A stretch of 64,000 bases of DNA, taken from contig DASZAF010000031.1 of NCBI GenBank assembly GCA_035945435.1, positions 17,913-81,912 of the forward strand. Reading direction: 5' to 3'. A program made the position numbers and the translations under genes. This stretch comes from Candidatus Saccharimonadales bacterium (lineage in GTDB: Bacteria > Patescibacteriota > Saccharimonadia > Saccharimonadales > DASZAF01). The notes under the pieces are model-generated. The model was not told the DNA's origin. It was given only the letters and a program-made list of their open reading frames with translations, and did not search any database. This document shows, piece by piece, positions 1 to 9,760 of this stretch (the stretch's first letter is position 1; every line of letters begins with the position of its first letter).

Positions 1-180
1 ATGATTGTTTTCCCGCTGCGCGGGGGCACGGTTGAGCTATCTTCACAATCACCGTCGTTCCTAGCAGACTTTACCAACACCGTTCTACCCAGTCTGACTT
101 GGAGCCCGTAACAGCTAACGAGAGATCGGTTATTGCTTCGCCTTGTACCACGCTGGACGTGGTACACTTGTTGTAGATCT

Positions 181-897
181 ATGGAGGAGGTGAACGTACA
201 ACAGCCAATCTCGCCGTTGATTGCAGCGGCCCATGAGTTAAAGACGCCCCTGCTCCTTATAAACGGCCTCTCAACCCATCTTCTTAATCACGGTAAGCTC
301 AACCCGGACCAGCGCGAGATGCTCGAACGTATCCTGCTCTCGTCTGGATACAGCCTTCGTTTGGCCGAAAGCCTAGTCGATAGCTACCAAGTGGCTCAAG
401 CGCAATTTGAATTTCCCCTCGAACCAGTCAACGTATCTCAGGTTGTCGAAGAGGTTGTCCACGAACTCACTCCATACAGCAAGAAAATCGATCGCGAGAT
501 TATTACCTCGCTTCGTCAGCGGAATGACATGGTTGTAGCTCATAAGACTTTCTTTGGTGAGGTTGTTTATAGCCTGCTAGACAACGCCCTTCGTCATGGC
601 AAGGGCAAAGGTAAGATAGTGATAACCAACAGGCAACATCGCGAGTTCTCAAGACTTACAATCCGTAACGAGGGGGCTGTTCTAAGCCAGAGAGACCTGA
701 GCCAGCTTGAACGGAATCTGGGAACATACTTGGAAGCCGCGCCAAGCTTAGGAGGCACTAGCGGCATCGGCCTCTATATCGCTCGCCAGCTAGTGGGTGC
801 GATGAGCGGAAAGCTTGGATTAGAGCGGAAACCGAGCCACACTGGAGTATACGTTGACCTGCTCAGCTCACAACAACTATCATTTCTTAGCCCATGA
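181..897 (+). CDS. Histidine kinase, cytoplasmic and sensor-less (HisKA + HATPase_c only)
   Basis: ORF 133..897. H-box AAAHELKTPL lies near the N-terminus and the G-box GTSGIGLYIARQLV near the C-terminus. No TM or sensor region. First ATG at 181 (TTG at 133 is possible). Stop overlaps the next gene (ATGA at 894). Confidence 0.8.
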   Translation: MEEVNVQQPISPLIAAAHELKTPLLLINGLSTHLLNHGKLNPDQREMLERILLSSGYSLRLAESLVDSYQVAQAQFEFPLEPVNVSQVVEEVVHELTPYSKKIDREIITSLRQRNDMVVAHKTFFGEVVYSLLDNALRHGKGKGKIVITNRQHREFSRLTIRNEGAVLSQRDLSQLERNLGTYLEAAPSLGGTSGIGLYIARQLVGAMSGKLGLERKPSHTGVYVDLLSSQQLSFLSP

Positions 898-1271
898 AGA
901 ACAAACGCCGCGTTCTGATCATAGAAGGTGATCCGTGGCTTGCAGATTTGTACCGCGTCACTCTCGAATCGAAATTTGAAGTGGGAGTTGCTGGTGATGT
1001 TCCAGAGGCTATCGATGCAATCGAGGTCAAAGCTCCTGAGGCCATCGTTCTTGACCTAACACTACCCGAATATAATGGCGTCGCACTGTTACACGAACTC
1101 CGATCACATCCTTACTATTCAAAAATCCCGGTTATTCTGCATAGCGCTATACATCCAGAGCGCTGCGCCTTGAACCGAAACCAATGGCATCAGTATGGGG
1201 TTGTTGACTACGTCTACAAGATGGATTCATCGATGCAGACACTTGTGGTGGCGGTTGAGAGGCTCTTCTAA
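894..1271 (+). CDS. Response regulator, receiver domain only (125 aa)
   Basis: CheY-like pattern VLIIEGD...IVLDLTLPEYNG...PVILHSA. No output domain. Translationally coupled to the upstream kinase. Confidence 0.85.
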   Translation: MKNKRRVLIIEGDPWLADLYRVTLESKFEVGVAGDVPEAIDAIEVKAPEAIVLDLTLPEYNGVALLHELRSHPYYSKIPVILHSAIHPERCALNRNQWHQYGVVDYVYKMDSSMQTLVVAVERLF

Positions 1272-1954
1272 TGCCGTATCGGCAGTACCGAACGAATGGC
1301 CTCGTCATACGTCGCGTAGATTACGGCGAAGCCGATCGAATTTTGACCTTATTGACGCCTGAACATGGCAAGGTGGGAGCGATCGCGAAGGGGGTCCGCA
1401 AGAGTAAGAGCAGACTAGCTGGCAGTATTGAGTTCTTTGCGGAGAGCATCTTCACACTCGTCGAAGGGAGAGGTGAGCTAGATGTTGTCTCGTCGGCGCG
1501 GCTCGAACACTTCTACGGTAACATCATGCGCGACTATGACCGTCTGGAGTTTGGCTACGAAGCGATCAAGTTACTGCATAAAAGTACGGAAGATCTTCTA
1601 GGGCCCGAATTTTATCAGTTGCTCAAACATACTTTCATCTATCTAGATAACACCAGAATCCCTCCGGGGGTCGTCGAAGTTTGGTTTAGGCTGCATCTCG
1701 AAGATATACTCGGGCGCTTACCCTCACTTGAACGTGATGCAGTGGGGGATAGGCTCCTTCCTGAGCAGTGCTACGTCTTTGAACCGAACGAAAGAGGTTT
1801 AGTGAGTAGCCCACGAGGTGATCTAACTGCCGATCACATAAAACTACTACGCTTGGCTGAGAAACACTCGCCAGCCGTGCTGGCACAAGTGGCAGACGTC
1901 GGCACACTTTTGCCAGCATGCTTAAACTTCGTTCGCCTTGCGAGCGCTCAGTAG
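1271..1954 (+). CDS. recO: DNA repair protein RecO
   Basis: N-terminal OB-fold pattern GLVIRRVDYGEADRILTLLTPEHGKVGAIAKGVRKSKSR is typical of RecO. TAATG overlap with the upstream gene. Confidence 0.85.
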   Translation: MPYRQYRTNGLVIRRVDYGEADRILTLLTPEHGKVGAIAKGVRKSKSRLAGSIEFFAESIFTLVEGRGELDVVSSARLEHFYGNIMRDYDRLEFGYEAIKLLHKSTEDLLGPEFYQLLKHTFIYLDNTRIPPGVVEVWFRLHLEDILGRLPSLERDAVGDRLLPEQCYVFEPNERGLVSSPRGDLTADHIKLLRLAEKHSPAVLAQVADVGTLLPACLNFVRLASAQ

Positions 1955-2108
1955 TGTTCTGATAGATAATCAGTTATAATTGCCTTCAGAATGAATGCAC
2001 TCAAAGTTGCAACTGGTTACGGGTCAGTTCGAGGTGTTGGCGAAAGCCTACGCTAAGTTTCTCTTATATTTCCGAACAATCAGTAACTTTGAAAGGTAAC
2101 TTTTTATC

Positions 2109-3497
2109 ATGAGTGACGTAAAAATGGACGACATTATCAGTCTGGCCAAGCGACGAGGTTTTGTGTACCCCGGAAGCGAGATATACGGCGGGATGGCTGG
2201 TATGTACGACTTCGGCCCATACGGCGTAGAGTTACTCAACAATCTCAAGAAGGCATGGTGGAAAGAGCAAGTCTACGACCGTGATGACTTTTATGGTCTC
2301 GACTCTGCAATATTTAAAGAGCCAAAGGTCTGGGACGCATCAGGTCACACTAGCGGTTTTTCCGACCCGCTTGCTGAGTGCAAGAACTGCCATATGCGTA
2401 TCCGCGTTGATAAAGAGCTTGAGAGAGTCGGGGTAAAAGCCGATGAAAAGATGAGTGAAGAGGAGCTCAATGTGCTCTTTGATAAAAACCGTGACAAGAT
2501 CCCGTGTCCGAATTGCGGCCACAAAGAATTTGGGCCGGTTCGTGCTTTCAACTTGTTGGTAAAGACTAATATGGGTGACTTGAGCGGCGATCCAGACCTG
2601 AAACATCCAGTATATTTGCCGGGTGAAGCGTGCCAAGGTATCTATCTTAATTTTAAGAATGTCGTTGATACCACGCCAGCCAAGATACCATTCGGCATCG
2701 CACAGATTGGTAAAGCATTTCGTAACGAAATATCTCCACGCAATTTCCTTTTCCGTACACGCGAAATGGAGCAGGCTGATACGCAGTACTTTGTACGCCC
2801 TCATGAGAACAAAGAGGCGTATGAGCGCATCAAAAAGGCTCGATTCGATTGGTATATCAAAATGGGTATCAAGGCCGAGAACTTACGTTGGCACCAGCAC
2901 GATAATCTAGTGTTCTATGCGTCTGATGCATGGGATATTGAATACAACTTCCCATCCTATGGGTTTGATGAACTAGAAGGCGTACATGATCGCACCGATT
3001 ACGATCTGACTCAACACTCTAAGTTCTCAGGGACCGATTTATCGTATGTCGATCCGGTTTCGCGAGAGAAGTACATTCCTTGGATTCTAGAAACGTCAGT
3101 GGGTATGGGGCGTATGTTCTTAGCGTTTCTGAGTGACGCATATCATGTGGAGGAATTGAATGGGGAGCAACGTGTTGTGCTCAAGCTCAATCCGGAGTTG
3201 TCACCTGTAAAGGTTGCAGTTAGCCCGTTACTGAAGAATAAGCCAGAGCTCGTTGAAAAAGCAGCCGAAATACATACCCTGCTTAAGGGAGAATTTGGGG
3301 CTGTCGCCTGGGACGACAACGGTAATATTGGGAAGCGTTATCGTCGTCAGGATGAGATTGGGACACCATACTGTGTCACTATCGATTTCCAGACACTTGA
3401 AGATGGCACGGTGACCGTCCGCGATAGGGATACTACAGAGCAGAAGCGGATTGCAAAGAACGAACTTGTCGACAACCTCAAAGCGGCAATTCGATAA
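2109..3497 (+). CDS. glyQS: Glycine--tRNA ligase (class II, homodimeric GlyQS type)
   Basis: 462 aa. RGFVYPGSEIYGG..GMYDFGPYG N-terminus, class II core and a C-terminal anticodon-binding domain. Confidence 0.95.
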   Translation: MSDVKMDDIISLAKRRGFVYPGSEIYGGMAGMYDFGPYGVELLNNLKKAWWKEQVYDRDDFYGLDSAIFKEPKVWDASGHTSGFSDPLAECKNCHMRIRVDKELERVGVKADEKMSEEELNVLFDKNRDKIPCPNCGHKEFGPVRAFNLLVKTNMGDLSGDPDLKHPVYLPGEACQGIYLNFKNVVDTTPAKIPFGIAQIGKAFRNEISPRNFLFRTREMEQADTQYFVRPHENKEAYERIKKARFDWYIKMGIKAENLRWHQHDNLVFYASDAWDIEYNFPSYGFDELEGVHDRTDYDLTQHSKFSGTDLSYVDPVSREKYIPWILETSVGMGRMFLAFLSDAYHVEELNGEQRVVLKLNPELSPVKVAVSPLLKNKPELVEKAAEIHTLLKGEFGAVAWDDNGNIGKRYRRQDEIGTPYCVTIDFQTLEDGTVTVRDRDTTEQKRIAKNELVDNLKAAIR

Positions 3498-3502
3498 AAG
3501 GA

Positions 3503-4024
3503 GTGGTAGTGCCAAAACACAGTGCCGGAGTACTTTTATTTAGGCGTGTAGGTGGGAATGTTGAGGTATTACTTGCTCACCCAGGTGGTCCCTTCTGGGC
3601 GAAGAAGGATTCGGGTGTTTGGTCTATCCCAAAAGGTGAGTTTAGCGAAGACGAAGATCCGAAGCATGCCGCACAGCGTGAATTCATGGAAGAGATTGGC
3701 CATCAAGTCCCAGCTAAAGAGCTTATTGATATAGGCGAAATTAAGATGAGTAGCGGTAAGATCGTGACTGCATGGGCAGGCGAAGGCGATTTGGACCCGA
3801 ACATGCTCGTGAGCAATACTTTTAGCATGGAGTGGCCACCTCGCTCTGGAACGCAGCAAGAGTTTCCGGAAGTTGACAGGGCCAGATGGTTCACTCTCGT
3901 TACAGCCAAGAATAAAATCCTCAAGGCTCAGGTACCGTTCATCGAAAATCTAGCCACTCATCTTTCAGTTGATATTAATAAACCAGAAAAGGATGACCCT
4001 TCTTCTCAGCTGAGCCTTCTGTAG
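3503..4024 (+). CDS. NUDIX hydrolase
   Basis: Nudix box GEFSEDEDPKHAAQREFMEEIG. GTG start preceded by an AGGAG SD. Confidence 0.85.
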   Translation: MVVPKHSAGVLLFRRVGGNVEVLLAHPGGPFWAKKDSGVWSIPKGEFSEDEDPKHAAQREFMEEIGHQVPAKELIDIGEIKMSSGKIVTAWAGEGDLDPNMLVSNTFSMEWPPRSGTQQEFPEVDRARWFTLVTAKNKILKAQVPFIENLATHLSVDINKPEKDDPSSQLSLL

Positions 4025-4078
4025 CACTGTGGTATGCTAGTCGTGATATTGCGAAAGTAGCTGAGGAGTCTGAGTTAT

Positions 4079-4636
4079 ATGTATAAACAGATCATCTTCG
4101 CGTTATGGGTCTTTATACCCGCTGGTCTCGCAAACGCAACACCGGTCTTCTTGGCCAAGTTCAGAGTACTAAAATTTCTGGATAAGCCAATGGACTTCGG
4201 CAAGAAGTTGAGGGGTAAGCCAATATTGGGTGCCAATAAGACGTGGCGTGGCCTACTCGGAGCGATGGTAGTTTCGAGTCTTGTTTTTTGGCTCCAGAGA
4301 TTCGCTTATATGCATCATCATTGGGCGATTACAGCTTCTAGAGGTATTAACTATGCGCATCTCAACCCTTGGGTCGTCGGTCCTGCTTTTGGTTTTGGCG
4401 CTCTTGTGGGAGATGCCATCGAAAGTTTCTTCAAGCGTCAGATAGGTATTGAATCCGGGCATACTTGGTTTCCATTTGACCAGATCGACTACGTGATTGG
4501 CGGCCTTCTGGCGATAAGTCCGTTTATCCGGATGAGCTTTTATGAATATCTCTTCATCCTTCTGGTCTGGTTCTTGCTTCATCTCGTCACAGTTTGGGTG
4601 GGCTACTTGACCGGTTTTAGAGAGCGACCGATATAG
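4079..4636 (+). CDS. CDP-archaeol synthase-like (CarS/DUF46 family) integral membrane protein
   Basis: 185 aa, about 5 hydrophobic helices. Motifs KTWRG and GDAIESFFKRQIGI..G..W.PFDQIDY match my recollection of the CarS/CdsA-like cytidylyltransferase signature. Confidence 0.65.
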   Translation: MYKQIIFALWVFIPAGLANATPVFLAKFRVLKFLDKPMDFGKKLRGKPILGANKTWRGLLGAMVVSSLVFWLQRFAYMHHHWAITASRGINYAHLNPWVVGPAFGFGALVGDAIESFFKRQIGIESGHTWFPFDQIDYVIGGLLAISPFIRMSFYEYLFILLVWFLLHLVTVWVGYLTGFRERPI

Positions 4637-4675
4637 CTACTTTACTGGCCTTATTGGGTATAATGAGTACAGCCT

Positions 4676-5938
4676 ATGAGCCGATCAGAACCAGTACTTA
4701 CATTCCCCAAACGTTTTTTCTGGGGAGCGGCCACTTCAGGACATCAAGTCGAGGGTAAAAACCGAGATCAATGGACGATCTGGGAGCTTGAAAACGCGCC
4801 AACGCTTGCACAGCAGGCCCGTTATGGGTTAAACACCTTACCTGATTGGGATGAGATAGAAGAGCAGGCCACCAATCCTCGTAACTATATATCGGGTAAA
4901 GGGGTCGACCATTACAACCGATACGAAGAGGACTTTGATATTCTTGCCAAGCTGAACATGAATGCTTTTCGCTTTAGTATCGAGTGGTCCCGAATTGAGC
5001 CGAGAGAAGGTGAATGGGACCCGCTTGCTGTCGAACACTACAGGTTGTACATACACGCTTTGAAACGACGTAACATCGAGCCGTTTGTTACCCTGTGGCA
5101 TTGGACAATGCCGGAATGGTTTGTCCAAAAAGGGGGGTTTGAGAAGCGAGCGAATGTTAAGTATTTCGTGCGCTTCGCTACAAAGATACTGGACGAGCTG
5201 GGTGAAGAGTTTCGCTACGTGACGACAATCAATGAGCCTGAAGTCTACTCGGCGCTGGGCTATTCGACAGGTGAATGGCCGCCACAGAAAGAGAGTAAAC
5301 TTCTTACCCTCAAAGTCTACCTAAATCTTGGCTATGCTCACCGTAAAGTTTATAAAGCCGCAAAGACAATCAACCGTAAATTCATTGTTGGTCTGTCGAC
5401 CAATATTGCCCACAACTATGCTGGGGATAACGCGATCGTAAGTAAAATTACAGCCAGGCTTGTGAAGTGGAGCACGTCTCGTTTCTTTTTAAACCGAGTT
5501 CACCGCCACCTCGACTTTATCGGCCTCAACTACTACTTCTCAAACCGCTACTATGGATATCGTGTCCATAATCCAAACGAACGCATCAGTGACTTGGGCT
5601 GGGATATGCAGCCGCAAGATGTTGAGCATGTCCTTGTCGACCTCTGGTATCGCTACCGGAAGCCGATCATTATCACCGAGAGTGGAGTGGCAGATAGAAA
5701 AGACCAGTATCGTAAGTGGTGGATAGCCGAAACGGTTGGTGCTATGCATCGAGCTATGAAGCAGGGAGTTAACCTTGATGGTTATATCCACTGGAGCTTG
5801 CTTGATAACTTCGAATGGGCCTACGGCTTTTGGCCGCGGTTCGGATTAGTAGCCGTTGACTACAAGACTGGTGAGCGGACAGTACGACAGAGCGCCATTC
5901 TATACGGCAGGCTGATTAAGCGAGTGCGAAAGCTATAA
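4676..5938 (+). CDS. Glycoside hydrolase family 1 beta-glucosidase
   Basis: FPKRFFWGAATSGHQVEG N-terminus, TINEP acid/base motif and ITESG nucleophile motif. Confidence 0.9.
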   Translation: MSRSEPVLTFPKRFFWGAATSGHQVEGKNRDQWTIWELENAPTLAQQARYGLNTLPDWDEIEEQATNPRNYISGKGVDHYNRYEEDFDILAKLNMNAFRFSIEWSRIEPREGEWDPLAVEHYRLYIHALKRRNIEPFVTLWHWTMPEWFVQKGGFEKRANVKYFVRFATKILDELGEEFRYVTTINEPEVYSALGYSTGEWPPQKESKLLTLKVYLNLGYAHRKVYKAAKTINRKFIVGLSTNIAHNYAGDNAIVSKITARLVKWSTSRFFLNRVHRHLDFIGLNYYFSNRYYGYRVHNPNERISDLGWDMQPQDVEHVLVDLWYRYRKPIIITESGVADRKDQYRKWWIAETVGAMHRAMKQGVNLDGYIHWSLLDNFEWAYGFWPRFGLVAVDYKTGERTVRQSAILYGRLIKRVRKL

Positions 5939-5947
5939 GGAAATCAA

Positions 5948-6958
5948 ATGTCGACAGTGGTTAAGGGGGTCAAAATAGTTGTTATTGGAGGAGGGACTGG
6001 CAGCTTTGTATTACTCGACTCTCTGAAGAACTACGTTCAAGACTTGGCCGCGCTCGTTAATATGGCCGATGATGGCGGCTCAACCGGCGTTTTGCGTGAC
6101 GAACTGGGGGTTTTACCGCCGGGAGATGTTCGACAGTGCCTAGTGGCTCTCTCAAAGTCATCGTTAACAATGCGTAATCTCTTTAACTATCGCTTTCCGA
6201 CGGGAAGTTTCGCGGAAGGACATTCATTTGGCAACCTGTTTTTGACAGCAGTGGAGAAGATGACTGACAACTTTGCTGAAGCAGTCGATCTTGCTAGCCA
6301 GGTCTTAAATATTACAGGTCAGGTTATTCCGATTACTAACGAAAAAGTAAAACTTGTCATGAAGTTAGGCGATGGGAGAGTGGTTAAAGGGCAATCCGCG
6401 GTTGATGAAACTGACTTTAAAGGAAGCGTTAAACCTAGCATGTCACTTGAACCACATGCCGAGATAAACCCGGCTGCCAGGAAAGCAATACTAGAGGCTG
6501 GGATGGTCGTCTTCGCTCCAGGTGACCTCTATGGTTCGCTCGCACCTGCACTTGTCGTCAAAGGCGTGGCCGAAGCAGTCAAAGAGTCTCGTGCCAAGAA
6601 AGTCTATGTTTCTAACCTCGTGACACAAGCTGGTCAGACCGACGGCTTTATGGTGCACGATTTTGCCGACGAGATTGAGCGCTTTCTCGGTGTCGGAGAC
6701 GTCCTCGACTATGTCTTATATAACACCCAAAAGCCAAGTCCCGAACGGCTACATGCCTATCTAAGGGAAGGTGAGTCGGCAGTTGGATCGGACAAAGTAG
6801 CTTTCGGCGAGGCGCGCTATAAGCCGGTCGGGGCCAAACTGGTCTCGTCTGCCACACCACACCAGAACCCAAGTGATAAGCTGAGGCGTTCCTTTATCCG
6901 ACACAACGGTGACAGAACAGCGCGGCAGCTTCTGAGGATTTACTTAAATGATGACTAG
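5948..6958 (+). CDS. YvcK/CofD-like protein (UPF0052, gluconeogenesis factor family)
   Basis: VVIGGGTGSFVLL...NMADDGGSTGVLRDELGVLPPGDVRQCLVAL is the family signature. Confidence 0.85.
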   Translation: MSTVVKGVKIVVIGGGTGSFVLLDSLKNYVQDLAALVNMADDGGSTGVLRDELGVLPPGDVRQCLVALSKSSLTMRNLFNYRFPTGSFAEGHSFGNLFLTAVEKMTDNFAEAVDLASQVLNITGQVIPITNEKVKLVMKLGDGRVVKGQSAVDETDFKGSVKPSMSLEPHAEINPAARKAILEAGMVVFAPGDLYGSLAPALVVKGVAEAVKESRAKKVYVSNLVTQAGQTDGFMVHDFADEIERFLGVGDVLDYVLYNTQKPSPERLHAYLREGESAVGSDKVAFGEARYKPVGAKLVSSATPHQNPSDKLRRSFIRHNGDRTARQLLRIYLNDD

Positions 6959-7610
6959 GCGCTCACAGATTAAACGTCTTTATCTCGATCTGGATCGGAC
7001 CCTCTACATGACTGATAGAGCGCTCAAGCTAGTGGCAGAAGAGTGTGAGAAACTGTGGCGTGACAAGGGTATAACCGCGCAGCGCTTAATTCAGGAAGCC
7101 CCACGATATTACTCGAGTGAAGATCCAAATGCGCTGCGAACTCACGAATTCTTCCGACAGATGTTGGCATATGGAGTTGATCTGAGGACTGAAGGAGGTC
7201 GTCTCCGAGATTCACTAAGTAAATATGATCTGCTATTTCCCGACGCTCGTGATTTGCTCGACTATGTCGATACTCTAAATGATCTTGAAGTGAAGATCAT
7301 CACCTTTGGAGAAGAAGATTTTCAAAAGTTTAAGTTATCACTTCTGCCAAGGCTTGCAAAATACCCGGTGATTATCACTATGGGTGAAAAGGCTACTTAT
7401 ATACGTCGCCACGAGAAGAAAACCCCATCTTTAATTGTTGATGATAAGACAAACCCATCACTACCAGCTTGGTGTGAAGGAGTGCTGCTCGACCGTACGG
7501 GCAATACCTCTAGTAAAGACTTAGATCAAGAGAGTGGAGAACTAGTTGTTAACGGGCTAGATGCTATCAAGTCTCTTATCACATCTACAAGAAGTGTTGA
7601 TTTGATATAA
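6948..7610 (+). CDS. HAD-superfamily hydrolase-like protein
   Basis: N-terminal DxDxT-type motif LYLDLDRTLY. Overlaps the yvcK-like stop by 11 nt. Otherwise weakly assignable. Confidence 0.55.
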   Translation: MMTRRSQIKRLYLDLDRTLYMTDRALKLVAEECEKLWRDKGITAQRLIQEAPRYYSSEDPNALRTHEFFRQMLAYGVDLRTEGGRLRDSLSKYDLLFPDARDLLDYVDTLNDLEVKIITFGEEDFQKFKLSLLPRLAKYPVIITMGEKATYIRRHEKKTPSLIVDDKTNPSLPAWCEGVLLDRTGNTSSKDLDQESGELVVNGLDAIKSLITSTRSVDLI

Positions 7611-7660
7611 AAGTATCACCCAGTCAATAGCAGTTAAGACTTACTGTATCTGTAAGTATA

Positions 7661-7689
7661 TTGACTTATCATTATTTTTATGCTTAAAT
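7661..7689 (+). promoter_or_regulatory. Sigma70-type promoter of the FHA gene
   Basis: TTGACT-N17-TTAAAT with a TGc extended -10. Confidence 0.55.
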
Positions 7690-7724
7690 TTATTTCATAG
7701 TATATAACACCAAAATAGGCAAAA

Positions 7725-8669
7725 ATGGACACCCTCAGACTACCCGTACAGCACGATGATGAGCGTCAACAAGAGCGACAGACGCCTGAGTGGTTGGCGA
7801 CTTCGGAGTTTGATCTTGATCGTATGACACCCCCTGGAGTGCTTCATGTGAGTTTGAAGGGCGCAGAGCATCGTCGTCGAATCTGGGAGTCGGGAATAGG
7901 GCCAATCAATCGCCGGTTTAATTTGAGTCGGTGGGAAGACACTCCTCTTTTAACAGGGAGAGAGGCACGCCATAGACTTGGCTTCCCAATTGGAGCGTTG
8001 CTCGGTGTTATTGATCTACCAGAGACAGACCGGGATATACTTAGGACCCCACGCGAGAAAGCTACACTTGAAGAGCAGCTCAAGGTCTATCTTTTCGCTG
8101 GACCAGATAACCGAGTTCTCGTTATGGGTGGCCATGAGATCCGCAGATTGAGGGATTATCGACGAGCATTCAGGGGTCGGGAACACAAAGAAGGCCCACA
8201 GTTCGGCGATTCAATCGTTTCTCTCGGTGTTGGTGACAAGTTGGTTATAGGTCGTGACTGGTGGCTCCCTGGCATGGGCTATCAGACTAACATACTACAA
8301 CTTGACGAAAATCTTGCTCGGACGTTTGGATCAGTGTCACGCGAGCACGCGACCGTTGAGATCAACGATAACGACGAGATAATCGTCAACAATGTTAGCG
8401 CGATGAACGACATAGAAGTAGAATTTGGCACTCCTGCCTCCGGAAGCCATGCAAGCGAAACGCCTCTTCCAGTGAGCGAGGTACTTCGTCGTACGGTTTT
8501 GCCACGAGGTGGGCGACATACTGCTGAATATGTTCGCAGGCATAGGTCTCCAAGTCCCCACCGATCACTCGACGAGACTATGTTATTTGGTCCCCAAGGC
8601 CTTACCGAACGTTTTGTTCACTTTTATCGGACTGCTACATTCGGTAAGCTAGGTGGCCAGCATCGATAA
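7725..8669 (+). CDS. FHA-domain protein with an unassigned N-terminal half
   Basis: Canonical FHA residues in VIGRD...SVSREHATVEI...IVNNVSAMNDIEV. Strong promoter upstream (7661-7689). Confidence 0.7.
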   Translation: MDTLRLPVQHDDERQQERQTPEWLATSEFDLDRMTPPGVLHVSLKGAEHRRRIWESGIGPINRRFNLSRWEDTPLLTGREARHRLGFPIGALLGVIDLPETDRDILRTPREKATLEEQLKVYLFAGPDNRVLVMGGHEIRRLRDYRRAFRGREHKEGPQFGDSIVSLGVGDKLVIGRDWWLPGMGYQTNILQLDENLARTFGSVSREHATVEINDNDEIIVNNVSAMNDIEVEFGTPASGSHASETPLPVSEVLRRTVLPRGGRHTAEYVRRHRSPSPHRSLDETMLFGPQGLTERFVHFYRTATFGKLGGQHR

Positions 8670-8680
8670 CAGTAGACGTT

Positions 8681-9538
8681 ATGGATAAGCAGATAAATAC
8701 CGCTATTATCATGACTGCAGGATGGGGAACCCGCTGGCTCCCTCTAACCAAGGCAGTTGAAAAATACATGGTTCCTCTCGGTTCTCGCCCGGTTATCGAC
8801 TGGAAGGTACAGGAATGTGTCGATGCAGGGATCACGCATATCATCTTTGTTGTTAACGAACAACATGCTCAGCTCAAACGATACTTCTCGCCACGCCCTG
8901 TTCTTGAGAACTATCTTGAACAGAAGGGCAAGAACAAATGGCTCGACGAAATACGCCAACCACAATATAAAGGCATTAAGTTTGACTATATTGTCCAACC
9001 ATCAGTTGGAATTTACGGCACAGCCGTGCCCCTGAATATCGGATACGATCTCGTATCGGAAGGTGAGACTATAGCCGTATTTAACGCTGACGACACTACT
9101 TTCCGAACCGATGGCACCAATGAAGTTACCGACTTCTTCAAGTCGTGGCGGGAGAGCGAAGCATCAAATGCCATTATGGTTACCAAACTGGATATCGAAG
9201 ATGCTCCCAAGTACGGTGTAGTTGCTCACACTGATGACGGAGACTTTATTGAGATCGTTGAGCAACCAACCGTTGAAGTTGCCAAGACCATTCAAAATCC
9301 GACCAAGAACATTAACGACTTCATCTTTGGACCTGAAGTTCGAAGGATCTGCAAAGAATATATCGAAACTAAGGAAGACGACGGTAAAGAGTACCGCATA
9401 ACCGATGTTCTGACTCAGGTTGCTAAGGAAGGCCACGGCGTCCATGTCTACACCATGAAAGGGGAGTGGCTTGATTGTGGTAACCCAGGTGACTGGCTCC
9501 GCTCCAACCAAGTAGTCGTCGGTGCAAAAGAACGTTAA
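8681..9538 (+). CDS. Sugar-1-phosphate nucleotidyltransferase (UTP-glucose-1-phosphate uridylyltransferase-like)
   Basis: N-terminal AIIMTAGWGTRWLPLTKAVEKYMVP matches the GxGTRxLPxTK signature. Confidence 0.8.
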   Translation: MDKQINTAIIMTAGWGTRWLPLTKAVEKYMVPLGSRPVIDWKVQECVDAGITHIIFVVNEQHAQLKRYFSPRPVLENYLEQKGKNKWLDEIRQPQYKGIKFDYIVQPSVGIYGTAVPLNIGYDLVSEGETIAVFNADDTTFRTDGTNEVTDFFKSWRESEASNAIMVTKLDIEDAPKYGVVAHTDDGDFIEIVEQPTVEVAKTIQNPTKNINDFIFGPEVRRICKEYIETKEDDGKEYRITDVLTQVAKEGHGVHVYTMKGEWLDCGNPGDWLRSNQVVVGAKER

Positions 9539-9617
9539 AGATATACACAGTCCTGGTAAGATCAGTGTCGTCTCTCTTATAGTTTGTCCACTAATCTGTG
9601 GATAACTCACTGCTTGA

Positions 9618-9697
9618 GTGGGTATAGGTGTGGGTAAAGTACTTGTCAGTGGGTAAACGTGGGTAGTAGACTAGATCCAGTGGGTAAACGTGGGTAG
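9618..9697 (+). promoter_or_regulatory. Array of six (G)TGGGTA boxes upstream of mraZ (putative MraZ operator)
   Basis: GTGGGTA at 9618, 9649, 9659, 9680, 9690 and TGGGTA at 9631. The 20-mer CAGTGGGTAAACGTGGGTAG is exactly duplicated (9647-9666, 9678-9697). Boxes within a pair are 10 bp apart. Confidence 0.6.
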
Positions 9698-9760
9698 AAC
9701 TAAACAGGCTACCTCCATAAAACAAAAACCACTGCACAATAACAAAACAAAATATACGTC

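Noticed and set aside
1955-2108. Possible T-box leader upstream of glyQS
   Set aside because: No T-box consensus (GGGTGGTACCGCG-like) and no terminator/antiterminator pair is visible in the 154-nt spacer.
9597-9605. Perfect DnaA box TGTGGATAA upstream of mraZ; considered oriC
   Set aside because: It is a single box, and about 0.5 such 9-mers are expected by chance in 64 kb on both strands. There is no dnaA or dnaN nearby and no box cluster.
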